Below, in pieces: positions 1-9,655 of a DNA stretch of 43,577 nucleotides. A model generated the notes under the pieces. The model did no database searches, was not told where the DNA came from, and saw nothing but the letters and a program-made list of their open reading frames with translations. How positions within the stretch are numbered: the stretch's first letter is position 1; every line of letters begins with the position of its first letter. The stretch covers positions 1 through 43,577 of the forward strand of contig CBDBIJ010000128.1 in NCBI GenBank assembly GCA_965205655.1, read 5' to 3'. The position numbers were made by a program, and so were the translations under genes. This DNA is from Candidatus Latescibacterota bacterium. Lineage in GTDB: Bacteria > Latescibacterota > UBA2968 > UBA8231.

Positions 1-245
1 GCGAGCGCATCCGCGTCAATGCCCTGTGTCCGGGGCCGCTGAGAACGGAGCTTCTCATGAAGTACCTCGACACGGAGGAGAAGCGCCAGCGGCGGCTCGT
101 CCACATACCTATGGGCCGCTTCGGGGAAGCCGAGGAGATCGCCAATACCGTGCTCTTCCTCGCCTCGGAGGAGTCTTCATTCATAACCGGTACAGCCTTC
201 GTCGTCGACGGAGGCATCACGGCCGCCTACGTCACGCCGGAGTGA
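1..245 (+). CDS. Short-chain dehydrogenase/reductase, C-terminal part (runs off the window edge)
   Basis: Frame is open from base 3: ERIRVNALCPGPLRT...PMGRFGEAEEIANTVLFLASEESSFITGTAFVVDGG, a typical SDR C-terminus. Confidence 0.9.
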   Translation, partial: ERIRVNALCPGPLRTELLMKYLDTEEKRQRRLVHIPMGRFGEAEEIANTVLFLASEESSFITGTAFVVDGGITAAYVTPE

Positions 246-296
246 GTTGCGCGACAGCAACAGAAGGCGAGTGCGCGCGATCAAGGAGTTTTCCAG

Positions 297-1607
297 ATGA
301 GGCAGTTCTTCAACGGCATCGGCAAGATCGAATTCGCGGGACCAAAATCGAAGGATCCCCTGTCCTTCAAACACTACAACCCAAAGGAGAAGGTCGGGTC
401 GAAGACGATGCAGGAACACCTGCGGTTCTCCGTCGTGTTCTGGCATACGTTTAAGGGCACTGGCTCGGATCCGTTCGGCGGCCCAGTCTACGATCGGCCG
501 TGGGATGAGGCGGCGGACCCGATGGACCGGGCGGAAGACACCATGCGTGCCGCCTTCGAGTTCTTCACCAAGTTGGGAGCCCCCTTCTATTGCTGGCACG
601 ACCGGGACATCGCCCCGGAAGGGGACGACCTGGTGGAGACGAACGAGCGACTCGATCGAATCGTAAAGCTGGCCAAGCGCCTGCAGCGCGACACCGGTGT
701 CAGGCTCCTGTGGGGCACGTCGAACTGCTTTTCCCACCCGCGCTTCACCCACGGAGCGGCAACCAACCCCGACGCCCACGTCTTCGCCTACGCCGCTGCC
801 CAGATCAAGAAGGCGATGGAGTGCACGAAAGAGCTCGGCGGCGCCAACTATGTATTCTGGGGAGGCCGCGAGGGCTACTCGAGCCTGTTGAACACGAATT
901 TGGCGCACGAGCAGGATCAAATGGCTCAGCTCCTCCGCATGGCAGTGGAGCACAAGAAGAAGATCGGCTTTCGCGGCGCCCTCCTCCTCGAGCCGAAACC
1001 GAAAGAGCCCACGAAGCACCAGTACGACTACGACGCCGCCACGGTGCTCAGTTTTCTGCGCAAGTACGACCTGCTCGACGAATTCAAGATCAACATCGAG
1101 GCGAATCACGCCACCTTGGCTGGCCACTCCTTCGAACACGACCTCTCCGTGGCCGCGGCCGATGGCAAGCTCGGCAGCATAGACGCGAATCGTGGCGATT
1201 ATTTGCTGGGATGGGATACCGACCAGTTCCCTAGCGACCTCTACAGCACGACTTTCGCCATGATGGTCGTCCTCAAAGCGGGAGGCCTCGGTCGGGGTGG
1301 CGTCAACTTCGACGCTAAGGTGCGGCGGGGCTCGTTCGACCCGGTGGATCTGTTCCATGCCCATATCGGCGGCATGGACTCATTCGCCCGGGGACTCAAG
1401 ATCGCCCACAGAATCATCCTGGACGGCGTCCTCGACGAGTTTATCGCCGAGCGCTACACCTCCTACAGGCGCGGTATCGGCAGGAAAATCATGACGGGCA
1501 AGACGAGCTTCGAGGAGCTCGAGCGGTATGTCATCGCGCACGGCGAGCCCGAGAAGATCAGCGGCCGCGAGGAGCTGCTCGAGAACATCGTCAACAGTTA
1601 TATCTAG
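297..1607 (+). CDS. xylA: Xylose isomerase (class II)
   Basis: 436 aa; motifs FWHTF, WHDRD, VFWGGREGY, LEPKPKEPTKHQYDYD, NIEANHATLAGH, GWDTDQFP, NFDAKVRR; AAGGAG RBS upstream. Confidence 0.97.
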   Translation: MRQFFNGIGKIEFAGPKSKDPLSFKHYNPKEKVGSKTMQEHLRFSVVFWHTFKGTGSDPFGGPVYDRPWDEAADPMDRAEDTMRAAFEFFTKLGAPFYCWHDRDIAPEGDDLVETNERLDRIVKLAKRLQRDTGVRLLWGTSNCFSHPRFTHGAATNPDAHVFAYAAAQIKKAMECTKELGGANYVFWGGREGYSSLLNTNLAHEQDQMAQLLRMAVEHKKKIGFRGALLLEPKPKEPTKHQYDYDAATVLSFLRKYDLLDEFKINIEANHATLAGHSFEHDLSVAAADGKLGSIDANRGDYLLGWDTDQFPSDLYSTTFAMMVVLKAGGLGRGGVNFDAKVRRGSFDPVDLFHAHIGGMDSFARGLKIAHRIILDGVLDEFIAERYTSYRRGIGRKIMTGKTSFEELERYVIAHGEPEKISGREELLENIVNSYI

Positions 1608-2389
1608 TCGCGGCTCTTGAGCTCTCCCCAACCCAGTGCCGCTTCGACCGTTGCGACATCGTCGTACGAAATAACGAGGGTCGGCTGGTTGTCGGGATTC
1701 TCGATATTCCTGCTGTCGAACCGTTTGGCCGTCGACGCCTCATCTTCTTCGCCGCCCAGTAGGATCCAGCCGAAATTCGCCGCCGGCTCCTGGAGCCAGG
1801 ACCGGACATCGGCGGCAAGCTCGTCGGCCTGCCAGGTGTAGCGCCCAACCGCGGTTACCGCCAGCGTCGCACTCAGGATCCCTCCGAAATCCCCACCCGG
1901 ATTCCCCCATGTGCCGTTATCGAAAAAGGTGTGAATCCATGTCGCGTCACCGCTCTGAGCCGGCGCGCCTCCGCCTTCGTTTTCCTCGGCATCGGAGCCC
2001 GCCTCGCCCCAGTCGGCCAGGACGCGATGGACAGCCACCGACTGGGCCGCCTCGGAACTCGTTCGCGACATGTTGAGACTGAGCCTGACATCGGTGACGG
2101 TGGCGCCAGCTGGAACCGCTGCAACCACGTCGAAGAAGATTAGCGTTCGGCGCAGCTCGCCTTTGCCGGATTTACCCACAAACAGGTGAGACCCGACGCC
2201 GTTGCTCAGGCTGCCGTCACCGGTTTCGTAGAGAGTGTTGTCCTTGCCGGGCGGGAGGGACACTTCCTCCGCCGCCAGCGGCAGCGTCAACAGAATGAGC
2301 GTCACGAGTGGCGCTCGCGGCAGCTCCCTGAGCTGGTAGATCGCCCTCATGGGAGAGCACCACGCTGCCAAGATGGTAGTGCGGATCAA
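1604..2389 (-). CDS. Secreted DNRLRE-domain-like (carbohydrate-binding-like) protein; real start may be ATG 2350
   Basis: Signal-like segment LVTLILLTLPLAA, then KDNTLYE, RRTLIFFD, V..W......NFGWIL, FDSR....PTLVISY pattern; short C-terminal tail ...GWGELK. Confidence 0.7.
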   Translation of the reverse strand: MIRTTILAAWCSPMRAIYQLRELPRAPLVTLILLTLPLAAEEVSLPPGKDNTLYETGDGSLSNGVGSHLFVGKSGKGELRRTLIFFDVVAAVPAGATVTDVRLSLNMSRTSSEAAQSVAVHRVLADWGEAGSDAEENEGGGAPAQSGDATWIHTFFDNGTWGNPGGDFGGILSATLAVTAVGRYTWQADELAADVRSWLQEPAANFGWILLGGEEDEASTAKRFDSRNIENPDNQPTLVISYDDVATVEAALGWGELKSRD

Positions 2390-2754
2390 TCGAACTCGAC
2401 CACGTCGGCGCGGATGGCGATCTTTACATCCGTGTATACCAAGAGATTTCGGCTCTCTGAATCATAGCGGACATTCACGAGCGCTAGTCTTCGCCCCTCC
2501 ACGTCGCCGTGGGCCGCCGCGAAGTTGCTCCACAGATCCTCCATAGCCTCCTTGTACAGCTGCCCGGTGCCCCTGAGCCGATACAGCGCCAGGGTGTGAG
2601 TAAAAGATCCCATGGAGCCACTCACTCCGATCAGATAGGCCGCCTCGGCCTCGCCGTTGATGTCGGTGGTGACGAGCTCGTAATTGCCCTCCCGAAGCTG
2701 GACCTCGGTCAGGTTGGCTGCCGAGAATTGGCCGGTAGTGGCACAACCGGCTAG
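2386..2754 (-). pseudogene. 3' part of a lipoprotein gene (DUF6567-like) interrupted by two IS630 elements
   Basis: Reads LAGCATTGQFSAANLTEVQLREGNY...LALVNVRYD...IRADVVEFD. It joins in frame at CTAG to the signal-peptide fragment at 5181-5226. Confidence 0.85.
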
Positions 2755-3933
2755 TGTATTGTCGTACAAATAACTTGTACTAGTACAGTTGTGTGGTTAA
2801 GTTTCATCCAGACCTATTCCACAAACAAGGAACGGAGGAAACTCATGCCACGCGGACGCTTTCTTCCACCTCTCGAAATGACGGGGCAAACTCGGCAGCA
2901 ATTGGAATCAATGGCCAAATCTCGATCCCTGCCGCACGGTTTGGTGCGACGCGCCGAGATCGTGTTGCTGGCCGCCGAGGGATGGCCCAACAAGGCCATC
3001 GGCGAAGCTGTGGGGCTGTCACAAGTGACCGTCGGCAAGTGGCGTCGTCGCTTCGTGGAAAACGGCCTCAACGGGTTGTACGACGAGCTGCGACCCGGTG
3101 CGCCCCGATCGATCTCGGACGAACAAGTGGCCGAGGTGGTATACAAGACACTGAAGACCAAGCCGGAGGACAAAACCCAGTGGACGGTGCGCTCCATGGG
3201 CGAGGAGACCGGCCTGACCAAGGACGCGGTCCATCGCATCTGGCGCACATTCGGCTTACAGCCGCACCGGACCCAGAATTTCAAGCTGTCCACTGATCCT
3301 TTCTTCGTGGATAAGGTGCGCGATGTTGTGGGCTTGTATCTCAACCCGCCCGACCATGCCGTCGTCCTGTGCGTTGACGAGAAGAGCCAAGTGCAGGCTC
3401 TGGAGCGCAGTCAGCCGTTGCTGCCGCTGGGCCTGGGCTACGCGGAGGGCGTCACCCACGACTACAAGCGACACGGCACCACAACGCTGTTTGCCGCTCT
3501 GGATGTGGCCACCGGTGAAGTCCTGACTCAGTGCAAGCCTCGTCATCGCCATCAGGAGTTTTTGCAGTTCCTACGCCATATCGACGCGAACGTGCCTGCG
3601 GATCTGGACGTTCACTTGATCGTCGACAACTACGGCACCCACAAGTACGCCAGCGTCAAGAAGTGGTTGGCCAGCCGGCCCCGATTCCACCTCCACTTTA
3701 CTCCGACCTACGCCTCGTGGCTCAACCAGGTCGAGATCTGGTTCAACATCATCACGCGGCGAGCCATCCGGCGTGGCTCATTCCGCAAGGTCAAAGAGCT
3801 CATTCAGAGGATCGAGCGCTACACCGACAAATGGAACGCCAACGCCCATCCCTTTGGGTGGACGGCCACGGCCGACTCGATCCTTGCCAAGGTCAAACGA
3901 CTATGTCAATGTATTTCTGCGACGGAACACTAG
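2751..3933 (+). mobile_element. IS630-family element (type A), bounded by CTAG sites
   Basis: Imperfect terminal IRs: ctagtgtattgtcgtacaaata (2751) vs the reverse complement of the right end, ctagtgttccgtcgcagaaata (ending 3933). The transposase stop TAG lies in the target CTAG. Confidence 0.92.
2845..3933 (+). CDS. IS630-family transposase (single ORF)
   Basis: GGAGG RBS before ATG 2845; N-terminal HTH; DDE motifs [24 protein letters not shown]. Confidence 0.95.
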   Translation: MPRGRFLPPLEMTGQTRQQLESMAKSRSLPHGLVRRAEIVLLAAEGWPNKAIGEAVGLSQVTVGKWRRRFVENGLNGLYDELRPGAPRSISDEQVAEVVYKTLKTKPEDKTQWTVRSMGEETGLTKDAVHRIWRTFGLQPHRTQNFKLSTDPFFVDKVRDVVGLYLNPPDHAVVLCVDEKSQVQALERSQPLLPLGLGYAEGVTHDYKRHGTTTLFAALDVATGEVLTQCKPRHRHQEFLQFLRHIDANVPADLDVHLIVDNYGTHKYASVKKWLASRPRFHLHFTPTYASWLNQVEIWFNIITRRAIRRGSFRKVKELIQRIERYTDKWNANAHPFGWTATADSILAKVKRLCQCISATEH

Positions 3934-5184
3934 TGGTTCAACTAGGTAGCAGTGCGGGGTAGAGACGCTTGAGCTTGATTCGTGCATCCGCCGTCGTGAA
4001 ACGCCAATTGATTACGGGCGGGTTTTCGAGGCGCTCCGTGAGCCAGGCCTTCACGTGTTTTCCCAACTGCTGGATCGTCGCGATGCGACGATTGAGGCAT
4101 TGCCGAAAGAGCACGTTCAGTCCGATCTCGGCCATGTTGAGCCAGCTGCCGTGTGTCGGGGTGTAGTGGATGTCGAGTTTGTCAGCGATGCGCTTGGCTT
4201 CCTCCGGTTCGAAGACCTCGTAGAAGGCCGCCTTCTTATGAGTGCTCAAGTTGTCCATCACCAGCGTGATCTCCTCCGCCTCAGGGTAGTGGACGTCGAC
4301 GAGATCTCTGACGGTGTGAGCCCAGTCTCTCATCGTGCGCCGTTCGCTCACTCGGATGTGGGAGCGACCCGTGAAGGGCTCCAGCATCATGAAGACGTTG
4401 GCGACCCCGTTGCGGACGTATTCATGGTGATACCGTGCCGGACACCCAGGCGCCACCGGCAGGGGCCGCTGCGTTTCGCCGATCAACTGCTTGCACGTTT
4501 CGTCCAGACAAACCAACGGGTGCTTCGAGTCGTACGGCCGTTGATAGACATCCAACACGTCCTCCATCGCGCAGACGAACTCGGCACTGGGTTTGCCCGG
4601 CAGGCACCACATCTCCCGCCGCCAAGGCTTCAGCTCGTTTTTTTTAACGTCTTGCGGACCGTTTCCGGGCTGACACCGTCAACCAGCTCCAAGGCCACGA
4701 GGCGGTCTGCCAGCAGCTTCAGGGTCCAGTGCCTCCTCCCCTCGGGGGGCTCACTGCAGGCCAGAGCCACCAGATGGGCTTCGGCTCTGCCGTCGATCTT
4801 CTTTGCTTTCCGATTCTTCTGCTCCTTGCGCAGCAGCGACGCCTCGACGCCCTCTTCCACAAACCGCTGGCGCAGACGCTCCACCGTGCTCGGATGCACG
4901 TCGAGCGCGTGTTCGATCTGCTCATCGGTCCAGTGCTCACCATGCGGACCCTGGTCCGTCTTCAGCAGGATCCTCGCGTGCCGTTGTTTGTAGGCCGCCG
5001 CCTTCCCCCTCGAGATCAAACCGTGCAGGTGAGCTCGCTCCTCTGCTGTCAGCGTGACGATGTATTTCTTCGTGGGCAATGTCGATCTCCTCTCCTGACA
5101 AAGGGGCCTCAGGAGAAGGATACGAGCCCCGGCCTCAAAACGCTAGTTCCAATGTCCCGCAATCCTAACTGGATCAACCACTAG
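3930..5184 (-). mobile_element. IS630-family element (type B, different sequence), tail-to-tail with type A
   Basis: Imperfect IRs: ctagtggttcaactaggtag (3930) vs the reverse complement of the other end, ctagtggttgatccagttag (ending 5184). CTAG at both ends. Confidence 0.92.
3938..5079 (-). CDS. IS630-family transposase, two ORFs joined by a -1 programmed frameshift at an A8 run (T8 at 4638-4645 on +)
   Basis: orfA (4630-5079, HTH) ends KTLKKTS*. A -1 shift at TTA AAA AAA AC gives KTLKKNELKPWRREMWC, continuing into the DDE domain (LDET, MDNLSTH, SWLNMAEI). Confidence 0.9.
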
Positions 5185-5226
5185 TGACAGAGCTGCGGCG
5201 ACAGCGAGCAGTGCTGGTGATTTCAT
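5181..5226 (-). pseudogene. 5' fragment (signal peptide) of the interrupted lipoprotein gene
   Basis: AGGAAGGA RBS, then ATG 5226 encoding MKSPALLAVAAALSL. Removing the IS block restores MKSPALLAVAAALSLAGC (lipobox LAGC). Confidence 0.85.
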
Positions 5227-5269
5227 CGTCGTTCCTTCCTCTCTACTCTACGAGGTTTTGGGTTAGGGA

Positions 5270-5911
5270 TCAGTCGACTGCCGTGAGACCTTGATTGATG
5301 GCGTATTTGGTCAGGCCCGCCACCGAGTGGATGTCCAGCTTGCGGATGATGTGCTCTCGATGGGTCTCCACGGTCCGCACGCTGACGGACAGCCTCACGG
5401 CGACATCGCGATTGCTTAGCCCTTCCGCGAGCACCTGGCATTCCCGCCGTGTCAACTCCGGACGTTCCTTGGCGTCCGACTGGTCGGCGAGCTGTTGAAC
5501 GACCATCTGTGACACTTCTTCGGGGAAGTAGAGCCCGCCGCCGTGCACGGTCTCTATGGCCTCGATCAGATCCTCGGACGGTGCATTCTTGATGATATAG
5601 CCCCTCGCGCCGCTGCGCAGGGCCTGGAAGGCGTATTCCTTGTTGTCGTAAATCGTGAGGACGACGACCCGCGTCGACGGATGCTTGTCCATGATCATCC
5701 GCGTCGCCTCGAGTCCGTTCATTTTGGGCAAGCCGATGTCCATGACGACGATGTCCGGCGACATTGCCTCCACCTGCCGTAGCGAATCCTCACCGTCTGC
5801 CGCCTCACCGGACACGAGGATGTTCTGGCACTCAGCGAGAAGCGCGCGAATGCCATCGCGCACAATCGGGTGGTCGTCCACCAACAACACGCGAATAGGG
5901 TCAGGACTCAT
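5270..5911 (-). CDS. NarL/FixJ-family response regulator (REC + LuxR HTH)
   Basis: IRVLLVDDHPIVRDG, VVMDIGLP, GYIIK, LTRRE...SVRTVETHREHIIRKL; start ATG 5911 overlaps the kinase 3' end. Confidence 0.93.
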   Translation of the reverse strand: MSPDPIRVLLVDDHPIVRDGIRALLAECQNILVSGEAADGEDSLRQVEAMSPDIVVMDIGLPKMNGLEATRMIMDKHPSTRVVVLTIYDNKEYAFQALRSGARGYIIKNAPSEDLIEAIETVHGGGLYFPEEVSQMVVQQLADQSDAKERPELTRRECQVLAEGLSNRDVAVRLSVSVRTVETHREHIIRKLDIHSVAGLTKYAINQGLTAVD

Positions 5912-7100
5912 TCTCTGCAACCCCATCCGAGCGGGCCGGGAAACGCAGCTCGAGCTTCGTGGCGCCATCCGCGGCAGTCTCGATATCGAGAGCGCCGCCC
6001 ACCATACTTGCCCGCTCGCTCATGCTCTCGAAAGGCGCCGCCTCGACCGGGGATCCGCCGAACCCGCGTCCGCCATCGCGGATTTCGGCGACGACGAGGC
6101 GGGCATCAGATGTCATCGCCAGGGCGATCTGCACCTTGCCACCTTCTCCACCGACCATGTTCAGGGCCTCCTGCACGATGCGGTAGACCGTCGTCTTGAC
6201 CTCGAAGGGGAGCTCCACCACGGCATCTGACATGTCGAGAGCGACGGGGATGCCGGTTCGTGTTTCGAACTCCTCACCGAGGCTGCGCAGGGCCGGGGCA
6301 AGCCCGAGATCGTCGAGCAGGCCGGGTCGAAGATTGTGGGATATGCGACGAATTTCGCCTATCGAGCTATCGAGAAGCTGGCGAGTATGCTCGAGGCTCC
6401 GGAGGGCGTCCGAATCCGGATTCCCGAATTCTCGCGCGGCCGCGTCGAGTCCGAAGCCGACGGCGCAGAGAAGCTGGTTGACCCCGTCGTGGAGCTCTCG
6501 CGCCACCCGTCGGCGCTCCTCCTCCTGGTGGCGCACCGTCTTCGAAGAGAAGTCCCGCACAAGCTCCTCGGCGTGCCGGCGACGGGATACCTCCTCCTGC
6601 AGACGATCGTTGTGCCGCTCGAGATTGCGCAGTACCCGCCTGCTCTCCGACACCTCTCTGGCGATGCCTTCGATGGCGGCGAGCGTGCCGGAGCGGTCGT
6701 AGATGGGAAGGCAGCGATGTTCGATCCAGAGGGTGTGGCCGTCCTTGTGACGACAGCGCATGACAAGGGGTCGCCCGAACTCCCCGTCGCGAACGTAGGC
6801 TTCCAGGACAGGGCGGTCCTGGGGGTGGGCCATCTCGAGCGCTAGGTCGGGGTCCGCGTAGAATTCACCGGGAGTGTGCCCAGTGATCTGGAAGACGACC
6901 GGGCTGACGTACTCGACCCCGCGGGACGGGGTGAATCTGTACTTGTAGACGATGTCGCGCGCGTGCTCGACCAGAAGGCGAAAACGCTCTTCGCTCTTCC
7001 TCAGCTCCTCCTCGCACTCGCGGCGTGCACCGATCTCACTTTCCAGCACGCCGATCCGGCGCTGCAGAGCCTCGCTCCCGTTGTTCGATTCTGCCCCCAC
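5901..7100 (-). CDS. PAS-domain HisKA_3 (NarX/UhpB-type) sensor histidine kinase, cytoplasmic
   Basis: PAS/PAC domain; H-box QEEERRRVARELHDGVNQ; LRP..LDDLGL; divergent HATPase domain. Confidence 0.88.
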   Translation of the reverse strand: MGAESNNGSEALQRRIGVLESEIGARRECEEELRKSEERFRLLVEHARDIVYKYRFTPSRGVEYVSPVVFQITGHTPGEFYADPDLALEMAHPQDRPVLEAYVRDGEFGRPLVMRCRHKDGHTLWIEHRCLPIYDRSGTLAAIEGIAREVSESRRVLRNLERHNDRLQEEVSRRRHAEELVRDFSSKTVRHQEEERRRVARELHDGVNQLLCAVGFGLDAAAREFGNPDSDALRSLEHTRQLLDSSIGEIRRISHNLRPGLLDDLGLAPALRSLGEEFETRTGIPVALDMSDAVVELPFEVKTTVYRIVQEALNMVGGEGGKVQIALAMTSDARLVVAEIRDGGRGFGGSPVEAAPFESMSERASMVGGALDIETAADGATKLELRFPARSDGVAENES

Positions 7101-7207
7101 GGCTCAACTCGCTTCTCGGTGCCGATCCTGGGAAAAGCCGCAGTGTATATAGCAATCTCGCCTGTCAAAAACAAGCGAAAAGCCGTCGCTTGCGCGGCGG
7201 TGCTCGC

Positions 7208-7241
7208 AAAAAAGAGCCGGCCACTGATATGAGTGGTCGGC
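7208..7241 (-). terminator. Probable intrinsic terminator after fliG
   Basis: Stem gccggccact/agtggtcggc (7216-7241) with an A-run at 7208-7213 (U-tail on the minus strand). Confidence 0.55.
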
Positions 7242-7275
7242 CTGATGTGGTCTTCGGACTTGCGCCAATCGTGCG

Positions 7276-8319
7276 CTATACGAAGGTATCGTCCGCCTCG
7301 CCCCGGACGATGGTGACCTGGCCCTGCTCCTCGAGCTGACGCACCTGCTGGACGATGCGCAGCTGTACCTCCTCCACTTCGCTCAGACGCATGGGACCCA
7401 GGAATTCCATTTCCTCCTGGATGAAAGTGCGCACCCTCTCCGACATGTTGCCGAGGATCTTTTCCTTGAGTTCCTCCTCGGCCGCCTTCAGGGCAATCAC
7501 GAGGTCCTTCTGATCGACTTCTCTCAGCAGCACCTGCAGCTCGCGGTCCGTCAGTTTGGAGATGTCGGCGAAGACGAACATGAGGTTGCGAACCGCCTCC
7601 GCTACTTCCGGATCCTGCGCGTCCATGAGGTCCAGGACGTTCTTTTCCACACTGGAGCCGGTGAGGTTGAGGATGTCGGCCACCACCTTCGGACCGCCTA
7701 CATCCTGGCTGCCGCCCAGAATGTCTCGCAGGGAGGACTCGAGTGCTTCCTCGATCTCCTTGAGCACTGCCGGCGTGATATTTTCCATGGTCGCTATGCG
7801 GTAGGCCACGTCCGACTGCATGCGCTCGGGCAGCTGGGCGAGGATGCCGGCGCCCTGCGCCGGGTCGAGCTGTGACAGTATCAGCCCCACGGTCTGAGGG
7901 TGTTCGTGAGAGATGAAGGGAGCTACCTGCTCTGGAGCGACGTTCTTGAGCATGTAGAAACCCGAGGAGACGGTGCTGGAGACCCTGTCCAGGATCTCCT
8001 GGGCCTTTCGCGGCCCGACGGCTCGCTCCAGAGCGCCGCGGGCGAAGTCCATGCCTCCCTGGCTGACCCACTCCCCGGCGAGCAGGTGCTGTTCGAACTC
8101 CTCCATCACCTTGTCCTGCATCTCGACGGTGACATTCTTGAGCGCGGCAACAGCCTGGGTGATTTCCTCGAACTCGTAGTCGGTGAGGAATTCCATCACC
8201 TCCCCGGAGGTCTCCTGCCCGAGAGCGACGAACAGGATGGCCACCCGCTGCATTGTCGGAATCTCTGGCTCTTCGTCTTCGCCGCCGCCGTCGTCGTCGC
8301 GATTTTCGTACTGTGCCAT
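7276..8319 (-). CDS. fliG: Flagellar motor switch protein FliG
   Basis: Motifs GGMDFARGALERAVG, EHPQTVGLILS, GGPKVVADILN, MFVFADI, NMSER, LGPMRLSEVEEVQ; start at ATG 8319 (TTG 8340 is possible). Confidence 0.95.
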   Translation of the reverse strand: MAQYENRDDDGGGEDEEPEIPTMQRVAILFVALGQETSGEVMEFLTDYEFEEITQAVAALKNVTVEMQDKVMEEFEQHLLAGEWVSQGGMDFARGALERAVGPRKAQEILDRVSSTVSSGFYMLKNVAPEQVAPFISHEHPQTVGLILSQLDPAQGAGILAQLPERMQSDVAYRIATMENITPAVLKEIEEALESSLRDILGGSQDVGGPKVVADILNLTGSSVEKNVLDLMDAQDPEVAEAVRNLMFVFADISKLTDRELQVLLREVDQKDLVIALKAAEEELKEKILGNMSERVRTFIQEEMEFLGPMRLSEVEEVQLRIVQQVRQLEEQGQVTIVRGEADDTFV

Positions 8320-8402
8320 ATCACCCAGATCCGGGTTCAATCAGTAGAAATGGTACCACTCTCCCCCACAACGTAACGGTATCGGTATGTGGGTCCAGTT
8401 CT

Positions 8403-9395
8403 TTAATTGTCCCGCGGGACGGCCATCATGCGCTCGAGAGACAGTCTGGCTCTGTCCATCACCTCCTCGTCGATGCTGATCTCGTAGCGCTCATCGACGA
8501 GGGAGAAATACACATCCTGGAGTCCGGTGACCTTCATGTATGGACAGTGGAGCCGGCAGCCGATGCAGCCGTCAGCCGGCACGAATTCCTTGTCCGGATA
8601 CAGTTTCTTCAACTGGTGCAGCATGCCGCTCTCGGTGGCGATGATGAAGGTCTGAGCCTCCGGATACCTGCCTACCGCCGCGAGCATGCCGGTTGTGGAG
8701 CAGACCTCATGGGCAGATTCGACCACATCCTCTCGGCACTCGGGGTGCGCGATAACGATGGCCTCCGGGTGCTCATCTCGAGTGCGATCGACGCTGGCCA
8801 GTCGAAGAATGTCGTGGGTCGGACAGACACCGTCGTAGATGGCGAGCTCCTTGTCGGGTAGCTGGTCTGCCACCCAGCGGCCGAGATTGCGATCAGGCGT
8901 GAAGAGGATCCTGTCTGTGTCCAGGCTGCGGACCACGGACACCGCATTCGCGGAGGTACAACAGATGAAGGACTCGGCCTTCACTTCCGCCGAAGAGTTG
9001 ACGTAGGTGACGACTGTATGTGCGGGATACCTCTCCTTCCAGTCTTCCAGACTCTCCGGCGTGATCGAATCGGACAGGGCGCAACCGGCCCCCAGGTGGG
9101 GGAGCAGTACCTTCTTGTCGGGGCTGAGGATCTTGGCGGACTCCGCCATGAAGTGGACGCCGCAGAACACGATCACATCGGCATCCGTCTTCGAGGCCTC
9201 AACCGACAGTCCGAGTGAATCACCGGTAAAATCGGCCACGTCCTGGATCTGCGGAATCTGATAGTTGTGAGCGAGTATGACCGCGTTCTTTTCCTCCCTG
9301 AGGCGCTCGATTTGAGCGACGAGCTCCTCCTCGGGAAGATCGGTGTAGTGGTACTGACCGTTGACGGGTATTCCGGAAGAGATGTCAGTCATCAT
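8403..9395 (-). CDS. nadA: Quinolinate synthase
   Basis: ILAHNYQ, GDSL, FCGVHFMAE, AGCALS, TYVNSSAEVKA, CTSANA, GVCPTH, AHPEC, CPYMK (three Fe-S Cys). Confidence 0.96.
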   Translation of the reverse strand: MMTDISSGIPVNGQYHYTDLPEEELVAQIERLREEKNAVILAHNYQIPQIQDVADFTGDSLGLSVEASKTDADVIVFCGVHFMAESAKILSPDKKVLLPHLGAGCALSDSITPESLEDWKERYPAHTVVTYVNSSAEVKAESFICCTSANAVSVVRSLDTDRILFTPDRNLGRWVADQLPDKELAIYDGVCPTHDILRLASVDRTRDEHPEAIVIAHPECREDVVESAHEVCSTTGMLAAVGRYPEAQTFIIATESGMLHQLKKLYPDKEFVPADGCIGCRLHCPYMKVTGLQDVYFSLVDERYEISIDEEVMDRARLSLERMMAVPRDN

Positions 9396-9600
9396 TGAGC
9401 CTCGCTCCCAGATCGGGCAACACCGCTTCTGTGCCGTTGGGAAAAACGCGCCAGAATTCCTTGCGAATGAGGCCGGTTATTGTGGCGCTCTTACTCGTCC
9501 CGTGATAGTGGGCGATCGCCTCCAGCATCTGAAAGTCCTTCTCGGTGGCCGAGAAGGTTTTCGACTTCGCTTTTCCGATTCCCTCTGTCGTCAATGTCAT
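9385..9600 (-). CDS. Small putative ribbon-helix-helix DNA-binding protein
   Basis: 71 aa; KSKTFSA (strand), EKDFQMLEAIAHYHG (helix), TSKSATITGLIRKEF (helix); overlaps the nadA start. Confidence 0.6.
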   Translation of the reverse strand: MTLTTEGIGKAKSKTFSATEKDFQMLEAIAHYHGTSKSATITGLIRKEFWRVFPNGTEAVLPDLGARLNDD

Positions 9601-9655
9601 ACAGCCAACCCGTATTAGTTAAAAAATAAACAATTTCTATATGGGATTTAGGAGT

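Noticed and set aside
2755..2844. Called starts TTG 2769 (minus) and GTG 2791 (plus)
   Set aside because: Both lie in the IS630 left end; the true starts are ATG 5226 (lipoprotein) and ATG 2845 (transposase).
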